Positions 16,195-28,600 of a DNA stretch of 64,000 bases are shown piece by piece. This DNA is from Microbotryum violaceum (Eukaryota), in contig CDLV01000008.1 of the NCBI GenBank assembly GCA_001244265.2, positions 1,612,001-1,676,000 on the forward strand, read 5' to 3'. Made by a program: the position numbers and the translations under genes. The stretch's first letter is position 1. The number at the start of each line of letters is the position of its first letter. The notes beneath the pieces are model-generated. The model did no database searches. It was not told where the DNA came from and was given only the letters and a program-made list of their open reading frames with translations.

Positions 16195-17013
16195 TAATTA
16201 TGCTGAATTGCCAAAGATGAATCAGACGAGAGGGTCGGGTTTGCTTGAATATGCGTTTGCGCATTACCAGGGTGCCCGCTGAATTTGAGGGGCCCCGGAG
16301 CAGGGAGCTGTCCCGTCCCGACGGACATTTGGGAGAGCCCCTGTGCGAGACATTCTGGGGAGCTGAGCTAGCTGAGAGCTAGCGCAGCCAGGCACCGCGG
16401 GCGTGAGCCACAGCGTTATGTGACCTATTTGGCACGGCGAATCGGATACTTCGTAGGTCCGAGCTCGACAGCACGAATTATGTTGTGCAGAAGCGAGCGA
16501 GCGCATGGCGCTTTGATTGGTGCGCCGCGCCCCGGACCGGCGCCGCTTGCCGCCACAAGCCGAGTGGTCGCGGACGGGACGGCGGCCCGGTCCAACACCG
16601 CGCCCGCCGCGAGTGCTCGTGAGCGGCGTGGCCGCGCGCCCGGCCTCGGTGTACTCTTGGGCAGAGTCTTGCTGAAGAGCCCTTCTTCTTTGTCTCTCCT
16701 CTCACCACCATCTCGTGTTTTCCTTGTGCCAGCGCATTTGAGCTTGTCACTACTTACTCGAACACTACCTCATTCGTACGTGATCTTCCTATGCCCCCTG
16801 TTCTCGAGCTTCCCGTGTCCGTGTTCCGGAGAAGGACAGTCGTGGCCGCTTGCGGAGCTGTAGCACTTGCTGCGATGGAAGTTGCGATGTTTACGCGGTG
16901 TACCACACAGGCCTGCGACTTGATACTGCTCTGCGCGGAAGATTTCACTGACACCACTGCTCATACTCTGAAACCGCCCCCGCCAGCAGAAATTCTCGCA
17001 CCTTCTTCTCAAC

Positions 17014-18951
17014 ATGACGACCATCACCGGTTTCAAAGTCGAGGATCTCCGATTCCCCACTTCCCTCTCGGGAGATGGTACGGATGCGATGAACAAGACG
17101 TAAGTGCCCTTTCCCGCTGGCGAGAGCGGCTCTGCCGTCCGTTCGCTCGCCCCGTCCCCCCTTTCAATGATCGAGATTCGTACATTTCCGCTCATGCTCG
17201 TTTTCTCGCTCGGCTATCTCCCGATCCCGCTCGATGCCAATCTTTTTGCTACGCCATGTCCTTTCGCGAAACACAGATGCGATTACAGTGCCGCTTACGT
17301 CACGCTCGAAACCAATGGCAAAGATATCGGCTACGGCATGACCTTCACCATCGGTCGAGGCAACGACATCGTCTGCTCGTGAGTCCCCCTTTTCCGTGCT
17401 CGGGAGGCTTATGATCGGGTATTCTCAGTGAGGAGAGCGGCCCCTTTTTGTGTTAGTATTCTGAACCATGTTCTCGTTTTCGCCTTCGTTGCTGTAGTGC
17501 GGTAGAGCAAGTCGCCGAGAAGCTCGTTGGCAAGAAGACGGCCGACCTCTTCGCCAACATGGGGCAAGCCTGGTCGCACCTCGTCGCCGACCCGCAGTTG
17601 CGATGGATCGGCCCCGAAAAGGGTGTAATTGCCCTTGCCACGGCTGCCGTTTGTAACGCTCTTTGGGACAGTGAGTTGCAGCATATCGAACTCGGTGCCT
17701 CGTGCCTGCGTCGGGATTAGCCCGGCTGACTTTGCCAGCCCCACCGCCAGTGTACGCCCGCCACGAGCGCAAGCCCTTGTGGCAGTTGATCGCCGACTTC
17801 ACTCCCGAGCAATTCGTGTCGGCCGTCGCGTTCCGATACTGCACGGACGAGATCACGCCCGAAGAGGCGCTCGAGTGGCTCAAGAAGAAGCAGGTCGGCA
17901 AGGAGGAAAGGATCGCGCGCGTCAAGAAGGAAGGTTACCCGAGTTACACCACCTCGGTTGTGAGTCGTCTTTGTGAAAATACTGTGCTTACTTTCTACTT
18001 TGATTGACACTATCTGCCTTGTTCGTAATTTTCAGGGATGGTACGGTTACTCGGACGAAAAGGTCGCGCGCTTGACCCGCGAGGCCATTGCCTCGGGCTG
18101 GAACCACTTCAAGGTCAAGGTCGGAGACAATGTCGACGACGACTTGCGCCGCCTCGCGCTCGTCCGCTCCATCATCGACGACCCGAAGGAGTGCGCCGGT
18201 CGCAAAACGCCCGCCCCCGAGACGATCAAGGGCAAGAACGCTGGGCCGACCGGTTCGGTCTTGATGATCGACGCAAACCAGGTCTGGGATGTGAAGCAGG
18301 CCGTCGACTACTGCCACAGCTTGGCAGTACACCGCCCTTGGTTTATCGAGGAGCCAACAGCACCCGTGAGTGTATTACTTCGGACCCTTTGATCGTGTAC
18401 GAAGTTTGGCTTGCTGACGATCCTCTCTCTGCTCCCTCGCTCTCTAGGATGATGTCCTCGGCCACGCCTCTATCCGCATGCAACTCAAGGGCGTCATGGG
18501 TGTCGCAACGGGCGAGCATGCGCACAACCGAATGGTCTTCAAGCAGCTCCTGCAAGCCGAGGCGATCGACGTGTGCCAGATCGACTCTTGCCGCATGTCT
18601 GGTGTGAACGAGATTCTCATGGTGCTGCTCATGGCCGCGAAGCGAGGGGTCCCTGTCTGCCCCCACGCCGGAGGTGTCGGGCTGTGCGAATACGTGATCC
18701 ACCTGTCCTTGATCGACTACGTGTGCGTCTCGGGTTCGATCGACACCAATGTGCTCGAGTACGTCGACCACTTGCACGAACACTTCACGGACCCGTGCAC
18801 GATCAACTCGAACGGCCACTACGACGTCCCGTCGAACCCGGACGAAGGGTACTCGATCCAGATCAAGGACGAGTCTAAGGCGCAGTACATCTTCCCGCAC
18901 GGGTCGTACTGGTCCAGTCCGGAAGCCAAGAAGGCCCACGGGCTCGAATGA
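17014..18951 (+). CDS. Enolase-superfamily sugar acid dehydratase (L-galactonate dehydratase GaaB/Lgd1 or L-fuconate dehydratase/ENOSF1-like), multi-exon
   Basis: [61 protein letters not shown] (KxK), [49 protein letters not shown]. Confidence 0.93.
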
Positions 18952-19248
18952 ATACTTCTGACATCGGTTTTCTAGGGAGCTTAGTCGAGGATTACCGAGC
19001 ATCCTGATAAAATACTTTCTACCTCGTCTGTTTGTTCAGTCCTTCTTTACTCCTTGTTCCCTCTCCTTTCTATTCTTCCACGTCTTGCAATGATACCAAA
19101 ACTGGTTTCCTTCGTTCGTGCCAAATTCGATGTGGATAAGCGCAGCATCTCCTAACTTTTGCCAGCCCCGCTCGACATCCAAGGTGCGAGTACAGCAAGC
19201 TATGTAATTACAGGATACTTCGCGCAAAGACTAGTGTCGGAAGATTCC

Positions 19249-20271
19249 TCAGCCGATTCTGGAATGGACGTTGGACCCGATCCCTGGGAGCTTGAGGTGG
19301 TCGGCCGGGTTCGCTTGGGCCTCGTAGACGGTGATCACGGGATCGCGCTACGTATCGAGAGGGAACGGATCAATTCGTGGCGCAACGGCTCACTTTCGTC
19401 TCATCTGGACTTACAGTGAAAGGTTTGTATTCGCCCTTAAAGCCGACGAAGTATATTCGGACAGTGTCTTCGCCCGTTGAAGCAGGGAAGAAGAGGGTCA
19501 AGGAAGAAACGGAAGGAAATTTGGCTGGTCTACGAGACGACAAGGATTGTTCATCGGCGTGCGAAGTGAAGCAGTCGGGGTAGGTTGCTTACTTGACCGC
19601 GTATTCGGTGACGCCTCGAGTTGCGGCGAGGTCGAACTCTTGTGTGCACGCCGTTGAGGTCGCTTCGTCAAAATCAAGCGTTTGGTTGGAAAACTTTGTA
19701 CCAGGCGAAATTGACAGCCCCCGGGAATGAGCATCCGTGTGATGCACTAATTGAGTGTGGGGAGGCCATTCAGAACACTTACAACTTTGACCTTGTCGGG
19801 TGTCCAACCGTGCGGTCCAGCTTTGATGAGGATTGATTTTACTAGGGGCGGACGAGGAAGGTCAGAATTTTTCGCAGCGCGATGAGAAGGTGTACCGAAG
19901 ATTACGAACGTTTGAAGGACGCCGTAAAGGGTATGTGTAGTATGAGTTGGTCGTCCGCATCGCTTTCCAAGAACTGTCAAGGGTTGCAGCACGCAAGATG
20001 CGATCTAGCTCACCGTCAGCCCATCAAAAGACCGATCAAGGGCCCCACTTGTCTGTCCGAGCGTAGCCTATGATTATGAACTGACCTGCTCCTCCTGTTC
20101 CCGCTCGTCCCAAATCCGAATGACACTTTTCCCCTCCTGCCCTTCTTCAGCATTCAATGCGACGACGTGGTCGCGATCGACCTTGTCGTAGAGATAGTCC
20201 TGTACGCCTTCGAGGAGGACGTGGGCATCGTCGTCGCCGCACGAACAGCCGGGAGGGTGATGAGGGGGCAT
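19249..20271 (-). CDS. PITH-domain protein (PITHD1-like), multi-exon
   Basis: LYDKVDRDHVVALN, LESDADDQL, KSILIKAGP, LDFDEA, KFPSVSSLTLFF, TVRIYFVGLRGE and VYEAQANPADH. Confidence 0.88.
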
Positions 20272-20535
20272 CTCGCCGTGAAGAGTTGTGGTGGTCGGAG
20301 TATTTGGAAGACAAAGTTGTTGGCTGTACCAGAGGGGCAGCGGCGGGCGTGGGTTGCGAAACGAGTTCGACCGACGTCGTCAGCGCTTCCATGGGTGACC
20401 AGGCGTGACTACCCCGCATTACAACATGATCCTAACTAATCGGCTTTTCGGCTCTTCCTCTCGGCGCGCGCGCGTGGACGTTCCTCCGCCGGGTGCATAC
20501 ACGGTCCTCTTCACCACCCGAACCTTACCACGAAT

Positions 20536-22447
20536 ATGGCCCGTCAGCCTTCGCGTCGTCACCACTACGACTCGGACGAGGAGCCTACTCTCAAATCACA
20601 CAAGGTCAGTATTCATTGTCATGCGTTCCGTGTTCGTTGGTCTCCTCTCGGCGCGCGACTCGGAAGGGGTCTCGTGTTGCGCGCTGCTGGCGAAATCGCT
20701 CAACAATTTCACCACCGGCCCGAGTCTGACGTTGCGATGCCCCCTCTTTCCTTCTCACAGGAGAATCGACAGCCTCTGATGAATGCCAGCGGTAACTTTC
20801 AGGTACACTTATATCGAGGCTCGTACCCTACGGCTCACATCCTGTACCTTCCTCCCCTTGGCAGCCAAATCGAACGCGATGGGCGAACAACGCGCGTCCA
20901 ACACGACGACGGCGACCAAACGCAAGCCCCAACAGGCGACCGCCCAACAGCGAGGAGCGAACAAGGTCAACAACGCGAATAGGAAAGGTCGCTCTCAGTC
21001 CGAGTCCGAATTAGCAGAGGACGAGGAGGACGACCAGGTGGTGCTGGAGACTCAGGCGCAGGATGACGAGGAGGACGAGATGGAGGTCGATGTTGAACCT
21101 AGAAAGAAATCGACCGCTCAGAAAGGGGGCAAAAACGCAACGACGGGCAAAAAAGGCAAGGCCGCTGTGATCGAACAAGTCGACGAGGACGACGAGGACG
21201 ACGAGGAGCCGAGGTTGTCCACGAGGGAGAAGAGGATGTTGGCCAAGTTGGAATTGGTAAGGATTCACCGTGCTGCTGCAAAAGGCAAGAACATCACTGA
21301 AAATGAGGTTGTACCCTGCAGACTCAGAAGAACCTCAAGCAGACCCAGGAGGCGTTCGCCCAATTGTCGGAACTGCGCACGACCAAAGCCGAGGAATCGG
21401 AAGCGGCCTTGACCCAGCTTGCCTCGGAGCGACAAACAGGTCCGTCCAAACACCTTCCGGCAAACGCCATTCCATTGTACTAACACGGTACCGTTCCCCC
21501 AACCTCAGCCGCCATGTCCACGATCGACAACTACAAGCACGAGAATGACTCGCTGCGTAATGAACTCGCCTCGCTGCGCGCCCGCCGAGCAGCAGGGATC
21601 AACGTCAGCGACGGCGAACGCGTCGAGGAGCTCTTGCACGTCATCGAAGGCCACGCCGAGGAGAAGCAGGCCCTTCAAGCCCGGATCAGCGAGTTGGAGG
21701 AGTACAGCGCGGCGGCGCAGCTGGAGGAGAGGAGGAAATTGCAAGAACGTGACCACAAGTGGCAGAAGGAGATGGACCGGATCGTCAAAGCCAAGGACGA
21801 CGAGGCGCATCGGTTGAACGGTCAGCTCAAGATGGAACGTGAGTACTTCAAACACGCATGGGGGATCCCGACTATCTGATCTGCGGAGCTGACCTCCTAT
21901 TGGATCTCACTGCCTGCAGTCAAGCAAGCCCGACAGGAACTCGAAGCCGAAGTCGAGCATTCCAAGACGTTGCAAGCCCGAGCCAAGAACGTCGCCGCCT
22001 CCGCCGCAACTACGCCCTCTTCCTCCTCTGCCGCGGAACTCAGTCGAACGGCGGACGAGCTGGCGACGATTAAGAAGCAAGTCGCCCTTTCCGAGGACTT
22101 GACGGGCTTCAGCGTCGTTTCGGTCAAGCAGGAGGATGGGTATAGCGTCTATTCGGCGATCTTGAACGATTACCTCACTCAAACCGGAGGTGAGTCGATA
22201 CGAACTCGGCGCGTCTGCGAGAAAAACTCGGAACTGACCCGTGAAACTTGCCACAGGTCTGACGTTCAAGTTGGCGTTCTACGACGACGGCACGTGCGGT
22301 TACAACCCGGATGTGGATCCTGAACGCGACGCCGTGCTCGCCAATGTTTTGCCCGCGGAGATGCAGAGGTACATGAGGTTCGACGCCGATCTGTGCTCCG
22401 AGTGGTTCAGGAGGTTATGGTTCGCGGTCAACAAGCTCAAGGCCTGA
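20536..22447 (+). CDS. Monopolin subunit Csm1/Pcs1-like (coiled coil plus C-terminal RWD-like domain), multi-exon
   Basis: Long coiled coil (FAQLSELRTTKAEE..), then LSEDLTGFSV..LTFKLAF..YNPDVDPERDAVLANVLP..MRFD..WF, matching the Csm1/Pcs1 globular-domain pattern. Confidence 0.7.
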
Positions 22448-22792
22448 ATGCTGATGGTCGGAGTTGGGACCGTCAGAGGTTTGAGAAGTGTGTTTTTTCC
22501 TTTTTTCTTTCGCTTAGCTCGGGATCCGGCTTGCTTGCTTGTATACTGTATCCCCGTTTCCTTTCTTATCCTGTGTTCGTTCTTCTTGCAATTTGGTGTT
22601 GGAATACTTCCCGATCTTGATCCCACTGAATCTGCACGTGTATGTGCACTTGACTTCAATCACGGCGTCGGTTCGACACTCGTCTTCGTGGTCCCGGCGA
22701 CAAAATTGAGCGCTTGTCGCCGTCGCCTTCGCGGTTCGCCCCCTTCGGTCCCGCTCCTTGGAACCCCTGAACCCACCCCGCTCCGAAGCGCC

Positions 22793-23710
22793 ATGTCGCA
22801 CCTACCCCGACTCTTGACCCAGCGCATACTAGCCACATCATCGAGCCCACCCTGCTTCGCTTCCACTAGGATCGTCTGCACATGCCATCAAGCGCGAACG
22901 TCGGCGACCTCTTTCTCGACCTTCGCCAGCTCGTGGAAAGCCAGGGAGGGAGACCGACAGCGCCAATCTGATGATGAGGGTGGACAGCGTCAGAGATGGA
23001 CCAAGCCTCTGAATGGTACACGATCAAGACTGGGTGCGAGGACAACAGGAGGGACGCCGTCCACTGCGGTACGGAAACCGTTTGACCGCTCGTCGACTTT
23101 GACTACATCAGCACCACCTCGATCTCCCTCTGGAGCCCGTTCACCCGCGCCTCTGATTCCTCCCTTCAGCACCTCTGAAACCAGCGCCAAAGATCCCCCA
23201 CTCTGGCTCAAACACCGTCAAGCGATGCGCGAGCGGTACCCCCTCGGCTGGGCGCCTCCCAAACGAATCTCGCGCGAAGCCATGGACCTCGTCCGCACGA
23301 TGCACGCCTCCGATCCCATACGTTACTCGACGCGCGTGCTGAGTAATCATTTCAAGATCTCCCCCGAGGCAGTGAGGAGGATCTTGAAGAGTCGGTTCTC
23401 TTTGGACGTCGAGGAGAGGGAGAGGAGGGAGAAGAAGAGGAAGGAAGTCAAGGCTTTGGAGAGGAGTAAGGCCGTTCAGGCGGGCACGATGGGGGTGGGT
23501 ACAGGTGGGGTCGAAATGGGGTGGAGGGGGGATTTGGTCGGCGAGGTTAAGGAGATCCAAGAGTTGAGGCAAAAGAACGCGGTCTTGGAAGCCGGCTTTG
23601 AGGAGAAGAGGAGGGTCAGGAGGGACGAGGGCAAGAGGACAGGGGTTGCGCGTTCAAGGAATGAGCAACGCGGAGCACCGGCGCGGAGTGGTACGAGAAG
23701 ACCCCGGTAG
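22793..23710 (+). CDS. RRG9: Rrg9/Neugrin family mitochondrial protein
   Basis: W..HRQAMRERYPLGWAPPKRISREAMD..YSTRVLSNHFKISPEAVRRILKS, with an Arg/Ser-rich presequence-like N-terminus. Confidence 0.85.
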   Translation: MSHLPRLLTQRILATSSSPPCFASTRIVCTCHQARTSATSFSTFASSWKAREGDRQRQSDDEGGQRQRWTKPLNGTRSRLGARTTGGTPSTAVRKPFDRSSTLTTSAPPRSPSGARSPAPLIPPFSTSETSAKDPPLWLKHRQAMRERYPLGWAPPKRISREAMDLVRTMHASDPIRYSTRVLSNHFKISPEAVRRILKSRFSLDVEERERREKKRKEVKALERSKAVQAGTMGVGTGGVEMGWRGDLVGEVKEIQELRQKNAVLEAGFEEKRRVRRDEGKRTGVARSRNEQRGAPARSGTRRPR

Positions 23711-23882
23711 AAAGTGGAACGCAAAGCGCCACGTCTTTTAGCAGGGTCACGGTCTTTCAAGAGAAGGGGCTTCGGAGGCTACTGGATTCAATTCTTCGCT
23801 CGATTGGGTAGGACCTAGGTCATCCTCCAGCATTGCATTTCAAATGACGAATACCCTGGACTATACACACCGCGCAAAACAA

Positions 23883-24949
23883 CTAGTCGATGAGATATTC
23901 TGCAGATTACACCCGCAACACAGAGAGCATGTCAGCTTGAGAGATTAGGTTCTCGGTCCTAGTCCCGCGCCCCCTCACTCTTTTTGAAGTAGCTTCGCAA
24001 GTGCAAAATTTGCCAGATGCCTAACAGGATGAGGAGCGTGAACGTCACGAAGAAAAAATTGCGCACTCGGTCGTTGGTCGACTCTGAAAACCCCAAGCCA
24101 GAAGCGCAAAAGATGAAATTTCGTCAGCGTTCTAAAAGTTCGTGCGTGAGCTCACGGTGGCTTCGGTTGGACTGACCGTTCGTATCCCGCATTCGGGCCT
24201 CCCTCCTTTTGAGGTAGTTGAGTTCTTCGACAATCTCCTTGACGACACCTTCGAGCTTGCGCATCTCGACCTCGAGGCCGGAGAGGGATTCCTGCTTGGC
24301 GATGGCGTTGTAGTCGACCGCGTCGGCGCCGATGTCGACGTCGAGATCGATCGCGCGTACGTGCTTGTGCGCGTCACCCTCCGGAACGGCTGGGTGAGGT
24401 GAAAAGGCGAGTCAGTGCGCGGTGTGCCGAGTGGAACGATCGGGCGTGGTGTCGTTTAGCGGGCTCGAGAGCTCTCGACGAGCTACGTCCACAGCGGCGC
24501 GCCGTCCGATTCTGGGGACACTCACAAGGGTCGAGTACGTTCCTGAAACAGACGCCCAAATCAGCATCGGCATGGGTCGTGACCGCCATCCTCGTCTCGC
24601 CCTTGAGGCCCTTCTTGCTTTGGTAGATGTTCCTGCTGCCGGAGCCGTCGACGACCTCCATGTCGAGGCGTTGCATCGAGGTGGCCATCGGGGCCGAGAC
24701 GGAGATGACAACGAGGGTGTCGGTCATGGCGTAGTTCCATAGACATTTTTGTGGCGGGTCGTGGTGGGCTTCGACCTGGAACTTGACGGCCGAGACGAGC
24801 GGAAGGGGGAGAAATGCGAGGACGGCGACGAGCGTCAGGACGACGGTCGGCCTGAACGGGGACAGCGCGCGTCGTGGTGTCCGTGTCGGTACCGGTGACC
24901 GTGTAGGTGGCCGTGTTGGGGTAGAGGGAATTGTGGTACACGGAGACAT
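23883..24949 (-). CDS. ERV25: p24/GOLD cargo receptor, delta subfamily (Erv25/TMED10), multi-exon
   Basis: Signal peptide, GOLD domain, DVDIGADAVDYNAIAKQESLSGLEVEMRKLE..YLKRREARMRDTNE, a transmembrane segment, and a HLRSYFK../YLID* tail. Confidence 0.9.
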
Positions 24950-25651
24950 GGTGGCGGTGCGGTGCGGTGCGGTGCGGAGAACGGCGTTCTTGTTCGAGCT
25001 TGCGCGAGGTGTGGCCGCCGGTGTGGGTGTGGGATTGACGTGTCGCCGCACGGTCGAGGCGAGTTGGGTGCCGCGGACGAGATCAGATGGGGGAGCACGA
25101 TTCCACGCCGTCCAGACCCAGAGAGTCGGGTGGGCGTTCTCCGACGATAGGAGAGGGGGGTATAGATGCGGTCGCGGAGGATGGGATATCGAATCGGCAA
25201 GAACGCAGGAAGCGTACGCGATCGAGTGCCAGCATGCGAGGATTGACCCACGCCACGACACGAGACGACAGCGAGACGACACGCGCAGGCCCGCGCCTCG
25301 TCGCCCGCCTTCCCCGCGCTTGGGCCCCTGCTTGCCCCCTGCTTGCCCCTGCTTGCCCCTGCTTGCCGCACGCCTACTCACGCTACGCCGCCCAGCTGCC
25401 GCCCAGGCCAGTTCACCGCGCCCAACGGCCCGAGCTCACTCCCACTGCTCGCTCATTGGGCATTCGGGGCTTTCGGACCGCGCCACTGCGAGCGAAGGAC
25501 CGGATGGCCTCGATACTGTCCAGACCGCACCAGCGGATGCGCACCCGGACCGTCTCCCTGCCTACACCGTGGTCGATCTCCTGCGCAGGGTGGCCGATCC
25601 ATTTCGCGACCACCCGGTCCATCTCCAGCACATCGCCGACAGCAACGCATC

Positions 25652-28600
25652 ATGGCGCAGAGGTACATGAAACTCGGAGATCGATCGCAATACGAAGCTC
25701 CTCTGCAGCATCGTGTAGGACCGCAGTGCAATCACCACGGACCACGCGCAGCCTCGCTTCGGCCCGTGCGAAGGCCAGCTCGTTCCATCCACGTCAGTAG
25801 CACGCGTCCTCGATTCGCACTGCACACCGCTGAACAGCAAACGCCTGTATTTCAAAACAGCCCGGATACACTCGAGGATGCTGTCGTCGAGCGCACACTA
25901 TGCCATGTCCGTATCCGAGTCGAGATCGTCAGAGTCGGCTTCGACCGCTCCCGCCGCTCCACGTACGTCCCCACCGGAACAGGTCTCATGGTGGCCTAGC
26001 TCACAAGCTAATCCAAAAAAGTGGGTACCACAACTGCAGCCCCTCTGAACGAAGCCCAGGTGCCGCTCATTTCCCCCCACCTCCGGGCCCAGCTCTTTCC
26101 CCCTCGGCGATCGCCCTTTACCCCTCCCCCTCCCTCCCCCGAAGCCATCAAGACCTCCCTGAACCACCTGGTCGAGAACGGCCTCTTGAAAAAGGATCTG
26201 ACCTCCACCTCGAAGCGTTCGCTCGATCCAGCCATCTCCTTCTCCCTCCCCGCGACCCAAGGACCGACCATGTCGCACCACTTCCATGCCCTCGGCAAAG
26301 GCACCGCCGAACCGTACCTCTCCCTCGCCCACTCCTTTGCCGAAACGGAACTGCCCCCGATGCCGGAAAAGGGATCCTGGGCCTGCGTTCCTGGGTGGGC
26401 ACGGTACTCGGCCGAAGACCGGTGCTGGGAGAGCGTCGAATACCCCGACCTCGACGACCAGGCCCTCGTCTTTGACGTCGAGACCTTGCCCCACCAATCG
26501 GGCGCGTACCCCATCATGGCCGTCGCCGTCGGCAAGTCGGCCTGGTACGGCTGGTGCAGCCCCTGGGTGACCGGCGATGACCCTTCGCCTCGGCAACTCA
26601 TCCCCTTCGGACCCCGTGAAGGGGAGCCAGTCCCTGCGTCGGCGGCCGACGACTTTCTTTCGTCGCGGTCCGAACTGTTCGAGCGCCCGACGTCGAAGCC
26701 GCGCCTCATCATCGGCCACAACGTCCTCTTTGACCGCGCGCGCGTCTCGACCGAGTACGAATCCTTGCGTCGCCCCTCGACGCGGTACATCGACACCCTG
26801 TCCCTCCACGTCGCCGTCAGTGGACTGACGAACCCGCAACGACCGCAGTGGATGGCGTGGCGATCGAACGAGAAGAAGAAGGATGCTGCGGCGCTCGCAG
26901 CGGCCGCGGAGGCAGAGCTCGAACGTGAGACCGTCGAGGCGGAGCAGGAAGAAGAGACGGGGACCTTGCTCGTCGCCCCACCTCGACAAGGCACGGCCGC
27001 CAAAGGCAAGAAGGGGGCGACGACGACGAAGGACGGTCCACCGGGTCGCAAGACGTGGGAACAGGTCGCTTCGATGAATTCGCTCGCCGAGGTCGCCCGT
27101 CTCCACTGCGGCATCACGATGGACAAGACGGTGCGCAACGTTCTCATCGACCCCGAGACGACGATCGACGACGTGCGCTCCTCGTTCGATGATCTGATCG
27201 ACTATTGCGCCCGCGACGTCGTCACGACCGCGAAAGTGTACCAAGTTCTGCTCCCCAAATTCCTCGCGACGTGCGCCCACCCCGTCTCGTTCGCCGGCGT
27301 CCTCCTCATGTCCCAACCCGTCCTGCCCGTCGACTCGAGATGGCCGCAGTACATTGAACGCGCCGAAGCGACCTACGTCGAACGCCTGACGCGCGTCAAG
27401 GATGCGCTCAAAGCCCTCGCCGAAGAGGCACGAGCCAAGGTCGACGTCGTCGATCCCGAATCGGGCGAGTTCGTTTGGCAACGCGACGTCTGGTTGAGGC
27501 AGTTGGATTGGAACCTGAAAAAGGCGAGACGGTTGCCCGGTCAGACGCCGTCCAGGATCGCGAACGGTGGTGGGAAAACCGCTGGGGTGGAGCACCAAGC
27601 GCCAGAGGCGGAGGAGCACCAAGAGCTCGATGCGACGAATTCGCGGCCGAGGTGGTTCGACCGCGTCGCGGAGAATGGGCAAGAGGCGCTCGAGATTGGG
27701 CTGCAGTCGCCGCTCGCGGCTGCTCTACTGCGCGCGACTTGGAGAGGCCACCCCGTCGTCTACTCGCATTCGCACGGCTTTCTCTTCGTCGTACCCGACG
27801 ATGTGAGCGCCTTCGAAGCGCAGTCGACCGAGATGCCCATCGGCCCCGCAGAACTCGGGCCCAAAGACTCGGCCCTCGCCGAAATCCAAGACGTGCGCCT
27901 CTACGCCGTTCCGGGAGCCGGGAGTCGTCGCTGCCTCAAGCTCTTTTCCAAGGGGGCCATCACGCGCGTCAAGAAGAAGTTGCTCGAGTGCGATCTGGGG
28001 GCCGACCAGCTCCTCGAAGCGCTGCGCTCGACGACGTCCGGCACGAAAGACATCGCCGCGATCCTCGACGCGGCCGCCCGTGTCGCGTTAACCAAGAGTG
28101 CGGAGGAGCGATCGCAGTCGATGTGGTTGCGCCCGTTGGACTGGACGCCCGTACCTCTTCGGCCGCTGGCAACCGCTGACTCGGCCCCGAACACGACGAT
28201 CCGCACCACGAAGGAGACCAGTTTGATCGACGAGGTTGACGAAGCTTCCTCGAGGGCGAGGGACGGCTCCTTGCTGCAGACGCTGATGTGGCCGAAGTGG
28301 TACTGGGAGCTCGACCTCCCCGGGCTCGGACTCGATGTCTCGGTGCGCAAACGTGCTGTTCCCTTGCTGTTGCGCCTCAAGTACCGCGGGTTCCCGACCG
28401 TGCATTCGAAGCAGCACGGATGGATCTACCGCGTGCCGCGGCACGAGGTCGACGCGCTGATGGCCTCGAACGGGGCGCTCAAGCCCCTCGAGTTCAAGAG
28501 TCTCGACGACACGACGCTCGCCGAAGACGCCGAAGCGACCTACTTCAAGTTGCCTCACCCCGACGGCGAGGACAAGAACGTCGGCAGTCCGCTGTCCAAG

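Noticed and set aside
22448-22792. Hydrophobic N-terminal extension of the 420-aa ORF
   Set aside because: It is the T-rich 3' UTR of the upstream gene read in frame; RRG9 more plausibly starts at 22793.
24950-25370. (GCGGT)n and (CCCCTGCTTG)n short repeats
   Set aside because: Simple low-copy repeats in the ERV25/MIP1 intergenic region with no further structure.
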